NCBI GenBank assembly: GCA_963932905.1
Contig: CAWVRN010000035.1
Span: 1 to 33,657 of the forward strand
Length of the DNA: 33,657 bases
Source: an uncultured Bdellovibrio sp.
GTDB taxonomy: Bacteria > Bdellovibrionota > Bdellovibrionia > Bdellovibrionales > Bdellovibrionaceae
Reading direction: 5' to 3'
Positions 16,557 to 25,394 of the stretch are shown in pieces. The notes beneath the pieces were generated by a model that was given only the letters and a program-made list of their open reading frames with translations, did not search any database and was not told the origin of the DNA. The translations under genes were made by a program, and so were the position numbers. Position 1 is the first letter of the stretch. Every line of letters begins with the position of its first letter.

Positions 16557-18620
16557 TTAATTGGATGTCGTGCCGTCATTCTCATTATAGCTTAGAATCT
16601 TAGGTGTTAGGAAGACTAATAATTCTGTGTTTGCTTTTGCTGTCTGACGTTGTCTGAAAAGAAATCCAACGATAGGTAGGTCTCTCAAACCGGGTATACC
16701 TAACTCACCTTCAGATGTGTCACTTTGAAACACACCGCCGATTACTGATGTTTGACCGTTTTTTACCAAAACGTTTGTTTGAATAGATCGTTGATATTTT
16801 GGTGCAGAACCCGGAATTGTTGGATCTGCTGCTACTCCCGCGAAATCTCGATTGACATCAATTTTCATCTTAACGGACCCGTCGTTTGTCACTTGTGGAG
16901 TAACATCTAAGGTTAATTTCAACTCTAAGGGTGTACCTTCCGAAATCTTTCCTGTATTATCTTTTGCAACAGTTTTAAGCTGTGCCGTTGTCATAATTTT
17001 GGCTGGGTTATTGTTGATAGTCACAATACGTGGAGCTGACAATACTTTCAATTTATCTTCTTTCTCTAACAGAGCTAACGAGGCTTGCAGATTTCCGATA
17101 AAATCAACAACTCCGATTGTAAATCCCAACGAATTTTCGGCACTTTCTTTAATTGATCCAATTGAAAAGTTAGGAATGAAATTCGTCTTGGCTCCCACTT
17201 TCACTGGTTGACCAGAAAATCCCCAGTTGATACCCATCTGCTTGCTAAAGTTATTACTAGCTTCAACAATTTTACCTTCAATCAAAACTTGCTTGGGCGG
17301 AGTATCCAAATTTTTGATCATGATACCAATTTGACGAAGGCTATCTTCCGTATCCGTTACAATAAAAGAATTAGTTCTAGTATCAAACGTCGCTGAACCG
17401 CGATTTTTACTTAAAAATGTTTGTATCAATTTTTCTAAATCTTTACCTTCAGCAAAGCTGATTGGAAAAAGCCTTACCTTCAGTGGTGCTAATTCTTCAT
17501 TCTCTTTTTGAGCTCTAATCGCATCTTCATTTTCTTTTTTAATATTGTCCAAAGTCGAAACTCTTAAAATATTTCCAATTTTTGAATAGCCTAATTTTTT
17601 GAGTTTCATTACTACCGCTATACAATGATCCCAAGGAACAGTTTGAATATTAATATCAACTGTCGATTGAGGGATATCATCAACGATAATATTGGCACCA
17701 ATTTGTTCGCCTAGAGTCAGTAATAATTCACGTGTGTCAATGCCGTTAAAGTTACAATCAACGTCTTCACCTTCAAAAGCCTTTGAACCAATAGCGTCAG
17801 CTAAAGACATATTTTCATCGTTACTGCTGTTTTTCGCTACACTTGAACTTGTTTCCATTTTATCTGTATTGACTACTTGATCTGTTTGAGTCGCTGACTC
17901 TGTAGTCACAGCAAGCAATGAATTTAATTCTGGCTGAATCAAAATCTCTGGAGCTCCGGGGCGCAGTTCAAGCACGATCCGTGTTGTTTGATTTGAAGCC
18001 GTATAATAGGATGAAACAGCACCAATGCCACCCTTAAAATCTTTCAGCAATAACGGGCGCGACGCTTTTTTATCTAAAATAGAATTTGGAATCTCGATGA
18101 TCAGTTGATTATTCGCCGTATTTTTTGACTGAGTAAAATGAAATTCACCGTTTGTCGAAATAACAAGTGTTCCACCCGACTCATTTCCTTTGAATTCAAT
18201 ATTAGTAATTCTCACTGCGCGATTTACCGGGGGAGCCGGTTGTTCTTCAATAGTAGGCACAGGCTGCGGTGTCGGCGTGTTTTCAACAATAGGCGCCGGC
18301 TCCTGAGTAGGAGCCTCTTGCGGGGCTAAACTATCTTGAGCGGGAGGTTGTTCCGCACCAAATTCATTTTGCGCTTGCTGTGGGTCAGTCGCAGGTGGTT
18401 CAGTTAAGCCATCATTTGTTGCCGGAGTCGCATTCTCTGAAAATTCATCCGCAGCAGGGGGAGTATCCAAATTTTCATTTGATAAATCCGCATTACTATC
18501 CGTAGGTGCTGAGGCGTCCGATGCCGCAAAATCCTCGTCGCCATTTGTCGGGGTACTCGAACAAGAGGTCAACATGTAAACTGCTGCCACTAAACAAAAA
18601 ACAATTCTTTTTACGTCCAT
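16557..18620 (-). CDS. pilQ: Type IV pilus secretin PilQ (lipoprotein-type, acidic linker, AMIN domain)
   Basis: Lipobox LTSC, VPWD motif, DTRTNSFIVTD, QVLIEGKIVEA, LDVTPQVT, PGLRDLPIVGFLF and ELLVFLTPKI. Confidence 0.95.
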   Translation of the reverse strand: MDVKRIVFCLVAAVYMLTSCSSTPTNGDEDFAASDASAPTDSNADLSNENLDTPPAADEFSENATPATNDGLTEPPATDPQQAQNEFGAEQPPAQDSLAPQEAPTQEPAPIVENTPTPQPVPTIEEQPAPPVNRAVRITNIEFKGNESGGTLVISTNGEFHFTQSKNTANNQLIIEIPNSILDKKASRPLLLKDFKGGIGAVSSYYTASNQTTRIVLELRPGAPEILIQPELNSLLAVTTESATQTDQVVNTDKMETSSSVAKNSSNDENMSLADAIGSKAFEGEDVDCNFNGIDTRELLLTLGEQIGANIIVDDIPQSTVDINIQTVPWDHCIAVVMKLKKLGYSKIGNILRVSTLDNIKKENEDAIRAQKENEELAPLKVRLFPISFAEGKDLEKLIQTFLSKNRGSATFDTRTNSFIVTDTEDSLRQIGIMIKNLDTPPKQVLIEGKIVEASNNFSKQMGINWGFSGQPVKVGAKTNFIPNFSIGSIKESAENSLGFTIGVVDFIGNLQASLALLEKEDKLKVLSAPRIVTINNNPAKIMTTAQLKTVAKDNTGKISEGTPLELKLTLDVTPQVTNDGSVKMKIDVNRDFAGVAADPTIPGSAPKYQRSIQTNVLVKNGQTSVIGGVFQSDTSEGELGIPGLRDLPIVGFLFRQRQTAKANTELLVFLTPKILSYNENDGTTSN

Positions 18621-18639
18621 GTAAAATACCTCGTTTAAA

Positions 18640-19242
18640 TTAATTCTTTTTAGCTCTAATTTCTAAAATAACTTTTTCCGTAAACTTTTGTCCGTCGAAA
18701 TCCTTAACCTGCTCAACTATTACTTTATCTGGCTGGATATCGATTACTTTTCCGTCGTTACGACCAATCGGTGAATTAAGTTTTAATTTATTTAATCCTT
18801 TTACACCTTTAATCATAACCAGAGCTATTGGATCTTTCTTTTTATATAAAATCCCTTGAACCACAACATCGTCCGGGACAACAACACTTCGTATATTTTT
18901 TGTAGTCGACTGTATGCTTGTGCCAGTTGAACCACCTGATCCAGATGTTCCCGTAACAGTTGTGGGCTGTATATACTCTCGATATATCTTAAACGGGTCT
19001 CGACCTTCATTTCCATCATAACTAAAAATATTTTTATTAATAACTAATCCGGATCCATCTAAAAGTTCCTCAACGCCTTTATGCTGTTCCGAGCCGGCAG
19101 GAGCATCTGGATGAGGTACAATTGGAGCCGTCTGCGCTGGAGGCACCTCTCCATTTGGGTCGGGTACCGTCGGTGGAGTCTGGGCCCTCACTAGACTCGC
19201 CACTGAAATAAAAAACAAAATAAAAGTTAATTTAGAAATCAT
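18640..19242 (-). CDS. pilP: Type IV pilus assembly protein PilP
   Basis: YDGNEGRDPF and IGRNDGKVIDI motifs; located between pilO and pilQ. Confidence 0.85.
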   Translation of the reverse strand: MISKLTFILFFISVASLVRAQTPPTVPDPNGEVPPAQTAPIVPHPDAPAGSEQHKGVEELLDGSGLVINKNIFSYDGNEGRDPFKIYREYIQPTTVTGTSGSGGSTGTSIQSTTKNIRSVVVPDDVVVQGILYKKKDPIALVMIKGVKGLNKLKLNSPIGRNDGKVIDIQPDKVIVEQVKDFDGQKFTEKVILEIRAKKN

Positions 19243-19832
19243 TTCTGTTCCCTTTTAACTTCATCTTTAGCTTCAAATGCACGATAGCCGTTTATTTCCA
19301 TTTCAACCTGCAAAGACTGAGAGTCTTTGTCGGCAGCACGACGTATCGTATATTTTGGAATCGTCGTAATACGATCATAATTTGCCGCCGCAACAAAAAA
19401 CTTACCCAGCTTAGCGTAAGTCGCTGTAAAACTAATGCTTACAGGTAACTTCTCGGTTATGTCTTCCTTCATTGGGGCCAACGGAGTTTTCGAAGAAATT
19501 TGAATTTGAGTTTCTCTGGAAAAATATTCGATAAAAGAAATTACGTCGGACGTAGTGATATTACTTGGCAGACGCTTTTGTACAGTGTCTAAGTTTTTAC
19601 TTAACTCAGCCACATTTTTTTTAACTATTTCTGCTCTTGATTCTGTTTCTTTTGTATCTTTTGCTTTTGCTTCTTCCTGACTAAGAGTCATTTTTAAACT
19701 TGTTAATTTCGTTTCCAAACGTGTTGTAGTGTCTTGAAAATATAGAAAATAGTATAGCCCGCAGAAAAACAGACCAACAAAAATTACTTTAGGATAGTCT
19801 AAGGATACAATCCGCGCTAAAATCTGAATCAC
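19239..19832 (-). CDS. pilO: Type IV pilus assembly protein PilO
   Basis: N-terminal TM, coiled coil, RLPS and LPVSISFTATYAKLGKFF...DRI; 4-nt overlaps with neighbours. Confidence 0.88.
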   Translation of the reverse strand: MIQILARIVSLDYPKVIFVGLFFCGLYYFLYFQDTTTRLETKLTSLKMTLSQEEAKAKDTKETESRAEIVKKNVAELSKNLDTVQKRLPSNITTSDVISFIEYFSRETQIQISSKTPLAPMKEDITEKLPVSISFTATYAKLGKFFVAAANYDRITTIPKYTIRRAADKDSQSLQVEMEINGYRAFEAKDEVKREQK

Positions 19833-20467
19833 AGTCTTTTCTCCATTTTCACAATTAGCTCAAAACTCTCAACTTTTTGATTTTCGAAATCGACTGTATT
19901 TTGCTTTTGAATTTCACACTCAGTAAACAGAATATTTTCTTTAATCGCTTTCCTTAACAGCTGAATATCCGATGGATTGTACGAAAGGCCGCGAATTTTG
20001 ATTTCGCCCTTTACTCCTGTTTCTGATTTTTGATCGAAGGTATAAATCATTTCATCAAACCACAATTTTTGAGGAAGAGTTTTTTGAAAAAATTTATGAA
20101 TTTCAATTTCATATCCACGCAAAGCATCTAGAAAATTAATTTTATTGATTTTATCTTGAATCAATTTTCCTTCTTTTTCGAACTGCTTAATATCATTTAC
20201 GAATTTTTCTTTGGCAGCATTGAACTTCCCAAGCTCATCGATACGCTGTTCTAAAGGAGGAAACTGAGACTGTACTTCATCTTGATAATAATAATTGTCA
20301 TACAAGTAAAAGAAAAATGGGAATAGGATCATAACCGCAATTTTTGCTATGGCTTGCTTTTGGATATCTTCGCGGGTCATCACAACGTCAGCGTTGATCG
20401 CGATTGTTGTCAATTGTGGATTAACCTGGGAGCGAATCTTCTGGTTTAAGAGATTAACTCGGATCAT
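19829..20467 (-). CDS. pilN: Type IV pilus assembly protein PilN
   Basis: MIRVNLL PilM-binding motif, TM, coiled coil and LPQKLWF. Confidence 0.88.
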   Translation of the reverse strand: MIRVNLLNQKIRSQVNPQLTTIAINADVVMTREDIQKQAIAKIAVMILFPFFFYLYDNYYYQDEVQSQFPPLEQRIDELGKFNAAKEKFVNDIKQFEKEGKLIQDKINKINFLDALRGYEIEIHKFFQKTLPQKLWFDEMIYTFDQKSETGVKGEIKIRGLSYNPSDIQLLRKAIKENILFTECEIQKQNTVDFENQKVESFELIVKMEKRL

Positions 20468-21515
20468 GATCTGAATCCTCTCTTAATGCTAAACCTAGTG
20501 AAACTGGTGATAAGTTTGCTATCTGTTTCATATAGGCGGACGAAAATTTTTTAGGATTTGATTGAATTCGTTTAAATGGATTCAACGGCTCAAAATTAAT
20601 TCCGGTACTTTTAATAAGCGAATCCACTAAACCCAATGTCTGACAAGATCCACCCGTATAGAAACAACGATTCAGAGTTAGACCATTCGTCGATACGTTT
20701 AATAGGTCTAATGAGTTTTTAATCTCTTCGATAATCGATTCTGTTGTGAAATTAATAAAGTTAACTACATCTTCTGGAACATCACGCTTAGTTGATGCCG
20801 AAACTTTTAACGCTTCCGCTTCAGGAAACGAGATACCAAGATTTTTTGAAATCTCGCTTGTGTAGTTCATTCCGCCAACTAATATATCACGACAGAATAC
20901 CACATCGCCTTGACTGATAACTACAAAGTTAGTTACCGAGCTACCGAAATTAAATAGACCTATATTTTGATCTTTAATTTTGCCGTAGTTGAATTCAAAA
21001 GTGTTTGCCAACGCAAAACCAGTAACGTCAAAAATATTTGATTTTAAATTTGCATTTTCAATAGTTGCCAAATACTGCGTGATGATTTCATTTTGTGCCG
21101 CTACCAACAACAGATCCATGGTTCCACCCTGGCTAAGTGAAGGTAAAACTACATGAGTTAAAGAAATATTATTGATATCAAATGGGATATATTGTTCTGC
21201 TTCAAACTTGATTTGCTCTTTTAATAGTTTTCCGTCCAGCTTCGGCATCGTGATTTTTCTGACGATCACCGAAGTTCCGCTCAGGCCGGCGCAAACAGCT
21301 TTGCGTTTAGTTTTTAATTCGGAAATTAAATTAGATATTGCTGACCCTAAGGCAGAAACGTCTTTAATTTCCTCCGGTGCCATAGCGTTGATCGGTGTCG
21401 GCATATAACCAAAGTTCTGCAACACGGCCCCGCCTTTGGACACCTCCAATTCGGCAATTTTTATAGAGTTAGTCCCAATGTCGAGACCTAGTACTTTTTT
21501 TGAGCTGAAAAACAT
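20454..21515 (-). CDS. pilM: Type IV pilus assembly protein PilM (actin-like)
   Basis: LGLDIGTNSIKIAEL, EAEQYIPF, GGMNYT, TGGS, LNPF and LGLALR. Confidence 0.95.
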   Translation of the reverse strand: MFFSSKKVLGLDIGTNSIKIAELEVSKGGAVLQNFGYMPTPINAMAPEEIKDVSALGSAISNLISELKTKRKAVCAGLSGTSVIVRKITMPKLDGKLLKEQIKFEAEQYIPFDINNISLTHVVLPSLSQGGTMDLLLVAAQNEIITQYLATIENANLKSNIFDVTGFALANTFEFNYGKIKDQNIGLFNFGSSVTNFVVISQGDVVFCRDILVGGMNYTSEISKNLGISFPEAEALKVSASTKRDVPEDVVNFINFTTESIIEEIKNSLDLLNVSTNGLTLNRCFYTGGSCQTLGLVDSLIKSTGINFEPLNPFKRIQSNPKKFSSAYMKQIANLSPVSLGLALREDSDHDPS

Positions 21516-21566
21516 ATATAGATAAATATTAAATGGACCTAGAGCAGAGTCAAATCACCTACAGGT

Positions 21567-22370
21567 TCAAAATCCAGGTAAAAACAAATTAAAGTATTGA
21601 ATTGCCCATTCGTTGCCACCAAAAATGTACAAAACCCCACCTAAGGCTAGGTAGGGGCCAAATGGAATTGCCGTTTTCAGCCCATCTTTATTTTTTACTG
21701 CGATCGCAATTCCGATTACCGATCCTAAAATAGCTGATGTCATAATGATGAATGGAATCGCTTTCCATCCAAGTAAGGCGCCCATCCAAGCCAGCAGTTT
21801 TATATCTCCACCACCCATGCCTTCGTTTTTAGAAATTAAATAGTAAGCATAGGCCATGAACCAAAGAAAGCCTCCACCAAAAAGCACCCCCAGAAAGGCT
21901 TCTAGGAATTCACGTTCAGGATTTAATAAAGCACCAATCAATCCGATTACAATTCCACTCAATGTAAATTCATCCGGTAAAATCATGTGATCGAAATCGA
22001 TAAAACTGCAAACGACGATTCCAAATTGGAAAATTAGAACTTCCAACAAAAACCACTTATAACCGATAAAATGAAAACTAAGCACAAATAGAAGACCCGT
22101 CAAAAATTCGACGAATGGGTATCGCCAAGAATAGGAAGCTCCACAGTTGCGACATTTCCCTTTAAGAATGAACCAGGTAAATATAGGAATATTGTCATAC
22201 CAACGCACAGGTTTTTTGCATTGAAAACAATGCGAGCCGGGCTTAATAACCGATAGGTCTTCAGGCAAACGATAGATGACTACGTTAGCGAAACTTCCTA
22301 AAATCGAGCCCATCAGAAAAAAAAAGAAATACTGGACCTCGGTCGGTAACTGCAAAATATCGTTTATCAT
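21567..22370 (-). CDS. pilD: Prepilin peptidase/N-methyltransferase
   Basis: GSFANVVIYRLP, CxxC...CxxC, IDFDHMILPD, GMGGGDIKL and IPFGPYLA. Confidence 0.96.
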   Translation of the reverse strand: MINDILQLPTEVQYFFFFLMGSILGSFANVVIYRLPEDLSVIKPGSHCFQCKKPVRWYDNIPIFTWFILKGKCRNCGASYSWRYPFVEFLTGLLFVLSFHFIGYKWFLLEVLIFQFGIVVCSFIDFDHMILPDEFTLSGIVIGLIGALLNPEREFLEAFLGVLFGGGFLWFMAYAYYLISKNEGMGGGDIKLLAWMGALLGWKAIPFIIMTSAILGSVIGIAIAVKNKDGLKTAIPFGPYLALGGVLYIFGGNEWAIQYFNLFLPGF

Positions 22371-22401
22371 TTTTCGATTATAAACATGTATCCTAATAAA
22401 T

Positions 22402-22965
22402 ATGAAACGAATTTTCTTCAGCTTAATGGCTATAATTGGATTCTTGTCATTTGGATGTGCAGGTCAATTTAAATCCTCGCAAGCACTTCTTAAGCGGGAA
22501 CCCGCAGCAGTAACAAATGCCAAGGTCACTAGCCAGACAACTAAACCAGTAGACAAATACCTTAGGTATTTACTAATTCGCGACAAAGGCTTTGCGAACG
22601 TCGACAAACAAGATTGTAAGGCCTACGCACAGAAGAGTCCCACACTGTGCAAAAGTGACGACTGTAAGGCCATCCTATTCGAACAGGAATTCAGATGTAA
22701 GGAGTCTAACTGTAAAGCCCTTATCTTGAACCGTGAAGAACTTTGCACCGATGACGCGTGTAAGGCCTTAGTGAACTACCAAACAGAGAAATGCAAACAC
22801 GGCGATAAAATTTGCCAGTCTATAATAAATAATGAGTCGGCTGCTTGTGACAATGCTGATTGCAAAGCTCTAATTGAAAGTAATGGGTTCACATGCACAT
22901 CTATGCAATGTAAAGCCATCGTGAATGAAAATATTAATTTTTGCGATCTAAAGCCTGCTCAATAG
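22402..22965 (+). CDS. Cysteine-rich repeat lipoprotein
   Basis: Lipobox LSFGC and seven C-(K/Q)-(A/S)-x8-C units joined by 4-6-residue linkers. Confidence 0.8.
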   Translation: MKRIFFSLMAIIGFLSFGCAGQFKSSQALLKREPAAVTNAKVTSQTTKPVDKYLRYLLIRDKGFANVDKQDCKAYAQKSPTLCKSDDCKAILFEQEFRCKESNCKALILNREELCTDDACKALVNYQTEKCKHGDKICQSIINNESAACDNADCKALIESNGFTCTSMQCKAIVNENINFCDLKPAQ

Positions 22966-22971
22966 CAGGCT
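22952..22971. terminator. Hairpin between convergent genes (possible bidirectional terminator)
   Basis: AGCCTGCT-CAAT-AGCAGGCT is a perfect 8-bp stem at the two stop codons; the U-tracts are weak. Confidence 0.5.
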
Positions 22972-23740
22972 AATTATTGATGACTATATCTCGCTTATTA
23001 AAACCGCGAACAGCCAGCCCCATTAGAAATACAATCCAAATAGTAAAGTAAGCCATCATTACAAAAAATTCATTTAAATCTGGCGCCGCTTTCAAAACGT
23101 AATAATTTTTCCAATTAAATCTAAAAAACTGTGGGCTTAAAACTTCTAAAACTCGTTGCAGAGCAATCAAATTTTCATCTCTAGTTTTCTTAATCAAAAA
23201 CTCGACACTATTAATACCATGCCCGTACAAATAGAAACTAAGACCAAACAACAAACTGATCACAGGACGAATGTAAACAGACAGCAAGAATACAAGAGAC
23301 AAAACAACAAGTATTTTAAAATATATGTTTACCAAAATAAGTATCGAATTTCCGATAAATTCTGTGTCCCACAAAATCAAATTCAACAACGCCGTTAATG
23401 CCACCAAAGTTAATAAAATAAGCGCACTCAGTCCCAAGAATTTTCCAATAATAAATTCCATTCGGCTGATTGGTTTAGACAATAGCAGTAGGCACGTCTG
23501 TTTTTCGATTTCCTTGAAAATCATAAAAGATCCGGAAAATAAGGCAATCCCAAGCGCCGCCAATTCCATCGACGACAGTGAAAAGTCAGATAAAATGCGT
23601 TGAAATTCCCAAATAGACAGGTTGCTTAAAGCGATGCTAAACAAAAACAATCCTACAGCTAAAAAGAAAATAATAATGAACATTTTTTCACGTATTAACT
23701 CTCTAAACGTAGTTTGAGCAATCGTATATACGGCTCTCAT
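22970..23740 (-). CDS. ABC transporter permease (PilI-like of deltaproteobacterial T4P loci)
   Basis: IAQTTFRELIR, KEIEKQTCLLLLSKPISRMEFIIGKFLG, FNKRD; multi-TM; next to pilD. Confidence 0.85.
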   Translation of the reverse strand: MRAVYTIAQTTFRELIREKMFIIIFFLAVGLFLFSIALSNLSIWEFQRILSDFSLSSMELAALGIALFSGSFMIFKEIEKQTCLLLLSKPISRMEFIIGKFLGLSALILLTLVALTALLNLILWDTEFIGNSILILVNIYFKILVVLSLVFLLSVYIRPVISLLFGLSFYLYGHGINSVEFLIKKTRDENLIALQRVLEVLSPQFFRFNWKNYYVLKAAPDLNEFFVMMAYFTIWIVFLMGLAVRGFNKRDIVINN

Positions 23741-24483
23741 TTTTCCACCTCTTTTTGTTTATTTCTAAAAGCTTCCTCCAGAGATGGATACTGACTCATA
23801 AATGACTTAAGATCGGCATTATAAATCACTTCGCCGTGATGAATGGCTACCAGATGATCACATAATTCTTCCATATCTTGCAACAAATGGCTGCTAAAGA
23901 AGATGGTGATTCCTTTTTTCTTTTCTTCTCTTAAGATATCTTTCACCATCAGACGGCCATCGGGATCTAACCCTGACATAGGCTCATCCAAAATTAAAAT
24001 TTCTGGCTTATGAATCAACGCCTGAGCCAGTCCTGCCCGCTGAAGCATCCCTTTTGAAAAAGTACGCAACGCTTTATGCTTGGCTTCTAAGAGTCCCACC
24101 TTGTCCAACGTTTCGTCTATCAATGAATCCACATTTGAAACATCCGCTCCAGTCAGTTTTAAATGAAACTTCAAAAATTCTTCCGCAGTTAAAAATTCAT
24201 ACAAATATGGGCGTTCTGGCAAATAACCGATACGCTTTCTTATTTCCGAGCTCATCTTTTGATTGAAGAATAAAACTTCGCCTGAATCTTTGAATATAAA
24301 TTCAAAAATACATTTCAGACTAGTAGTCTTACCAGACCCATTATTTCCAACAAACCCAGTGGTTTTGTTCTTGGGAACTTCAAAAGAAACATTTTTTAAA
24401 ACCTGCTTCTTCTTTTCATAAAAAGATTTTTTAAACGACTTATTCAAATTTTTTACTTGGATCGCATACTCTGTGTCAGCCAT
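23737..24483 (-). CDS. ABC transporter ATP-binding protein (PilH-like)
   Basis: GNNGSGKTT, FSKGMLQR, ILILDEPMSGLDP and SSH. Confidence 0.92.
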   Translation of the reverse strand: MADTEYAIQVKNLNKSFKKSFYEKKKQVLKNVSFEVPKNKTTGFVGNNGSGKTTSLKCIFEFIFKDSGEVLFFNQKMSSEIRKRIGYLPERPYLYEFLTAEEFLKFHLKLTGADVSNVDSLIDETLDKVGLLEAKHKALRTFSKGMLQRAGLAQALIHKPEILILDEPMSGLDPDGRLMVKDILREEKKKGITIFFSSHLLQDMEELCDHLVAIHHGEVIYNADLKSFMSQYPSLEEAFRNKQKEVEK

Positions 24484-24497
24484 GGATAAAAGTATAA

Positions 24498-25394
24498 CTA
24501 ATTGATTTGAATATTCAAATTCTTAATTACTTCACGAACAGGATCGTATTGACGGCTGGTTGCCGGCATCAATGTCTTGCTTCCCAAGATATCGACATAC
24601 TTTTCTTTGTTTTCTGGCTTTTCGAAAATATCTATGATTCCAACCATTACCTGATGGGCGGTATTTGGGTATTTATCATAAAATTCCTGTCGAACCGTGA
24701 AGGGATCTGACGGCACGGGCTCGCTAACCCACATAACTTTGTATTTTTTCTTATCTAGCGCACCAAATTTAGTCCACGCTCCGGCAGTTCCTTTGGCATC
24801 ATCACTAAATACTGCGATGGCATCGACCTTACCTTCTTCCAGCATTTTAACCGACTGTGAATGATTTCCCGAATACAGGACCTGTTTAAAATCACTATCT
24901 AAAAAGTTCATCTTTTTTAAATGGGCTTTGGGATACAAATACCCCGACGTGGATTTACTGTCTACATAGGCAATACGTTTGCCTTTTAAATCGATAAAAC
25001 GATCAATTTTACTGTTACTCAAAGTCACCAAGGCAGCATAGTAATAGGGCTCTTGATAGACTTTTTTTAACAATACTTTCGCTTGAGCCGTTTTCTCTGC
25101 ATACACAAACGTTAACGCCGTTAAAAATGCAAAATCGACTTTCTTTTCTTTCATCGCTTCAATCAAAGTGTTGTAGTCTTTAGAAATATAAATGTTTGTT
25201 TTGATCTTGATGATCTCTTGCAGGGCCTGGGCTAAGGCCACCCCCTGCTGTTTGATCTGAGTCGGATTTCCCCCAGGAATAACTCCAATGGTAATTTCCT
25301 CGGGATGATCAGATGCTATTGCCAAAGTGGAAATGAACACCATCAATGATAAAACTATATTTCTACAAACTTGTAACATCAAAAGATCCTTCAT
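24498..25394 (-). CDS. Phosphate/phosphite/phosphonate-binding periplasmic protein (PhnD/PtxB family), orphan
   Basis: [30 protein letters not shown] and SEPVPSDP. The start overlaps the end of carB and may be 25379. Confidence 0.85.
   Translation of the reverse strand: MKDLLMLQVCRNIVLSLMVFISTLAIASDHPEEITIGVIPGGNPTQIKQQGVALAQALQEIIKIKTNIYISKDYNTLIEAMKEKKVDFAFLTALTFVYAEKTAQAKVLLKKVYQEPYYYAALVTLSNSKIDRFIDLKGKRIAYVDSKSTSGYLYPKAHLKKMNFLDSDFKQVLYSGNHSQSVKMLEEGKVDAIAVFSDDAKGTAGAWTKFGALDKKKYKVMWVSEPVPSDPFTVRQEFYDKYPNTAHQVMVGIIDIFEKPENKEKYVDILGSKTLMPATSRQYDPVREVIKNLNIQIN

Noticed and set aside
22970..25394. A complete phosphonate ABC importer (binding protein + ATPase + permease)
   Set aside because: The ATPase and permease are exporter-type (PilH/PilI-like) with their own promoter, not PhnC/PhnE.
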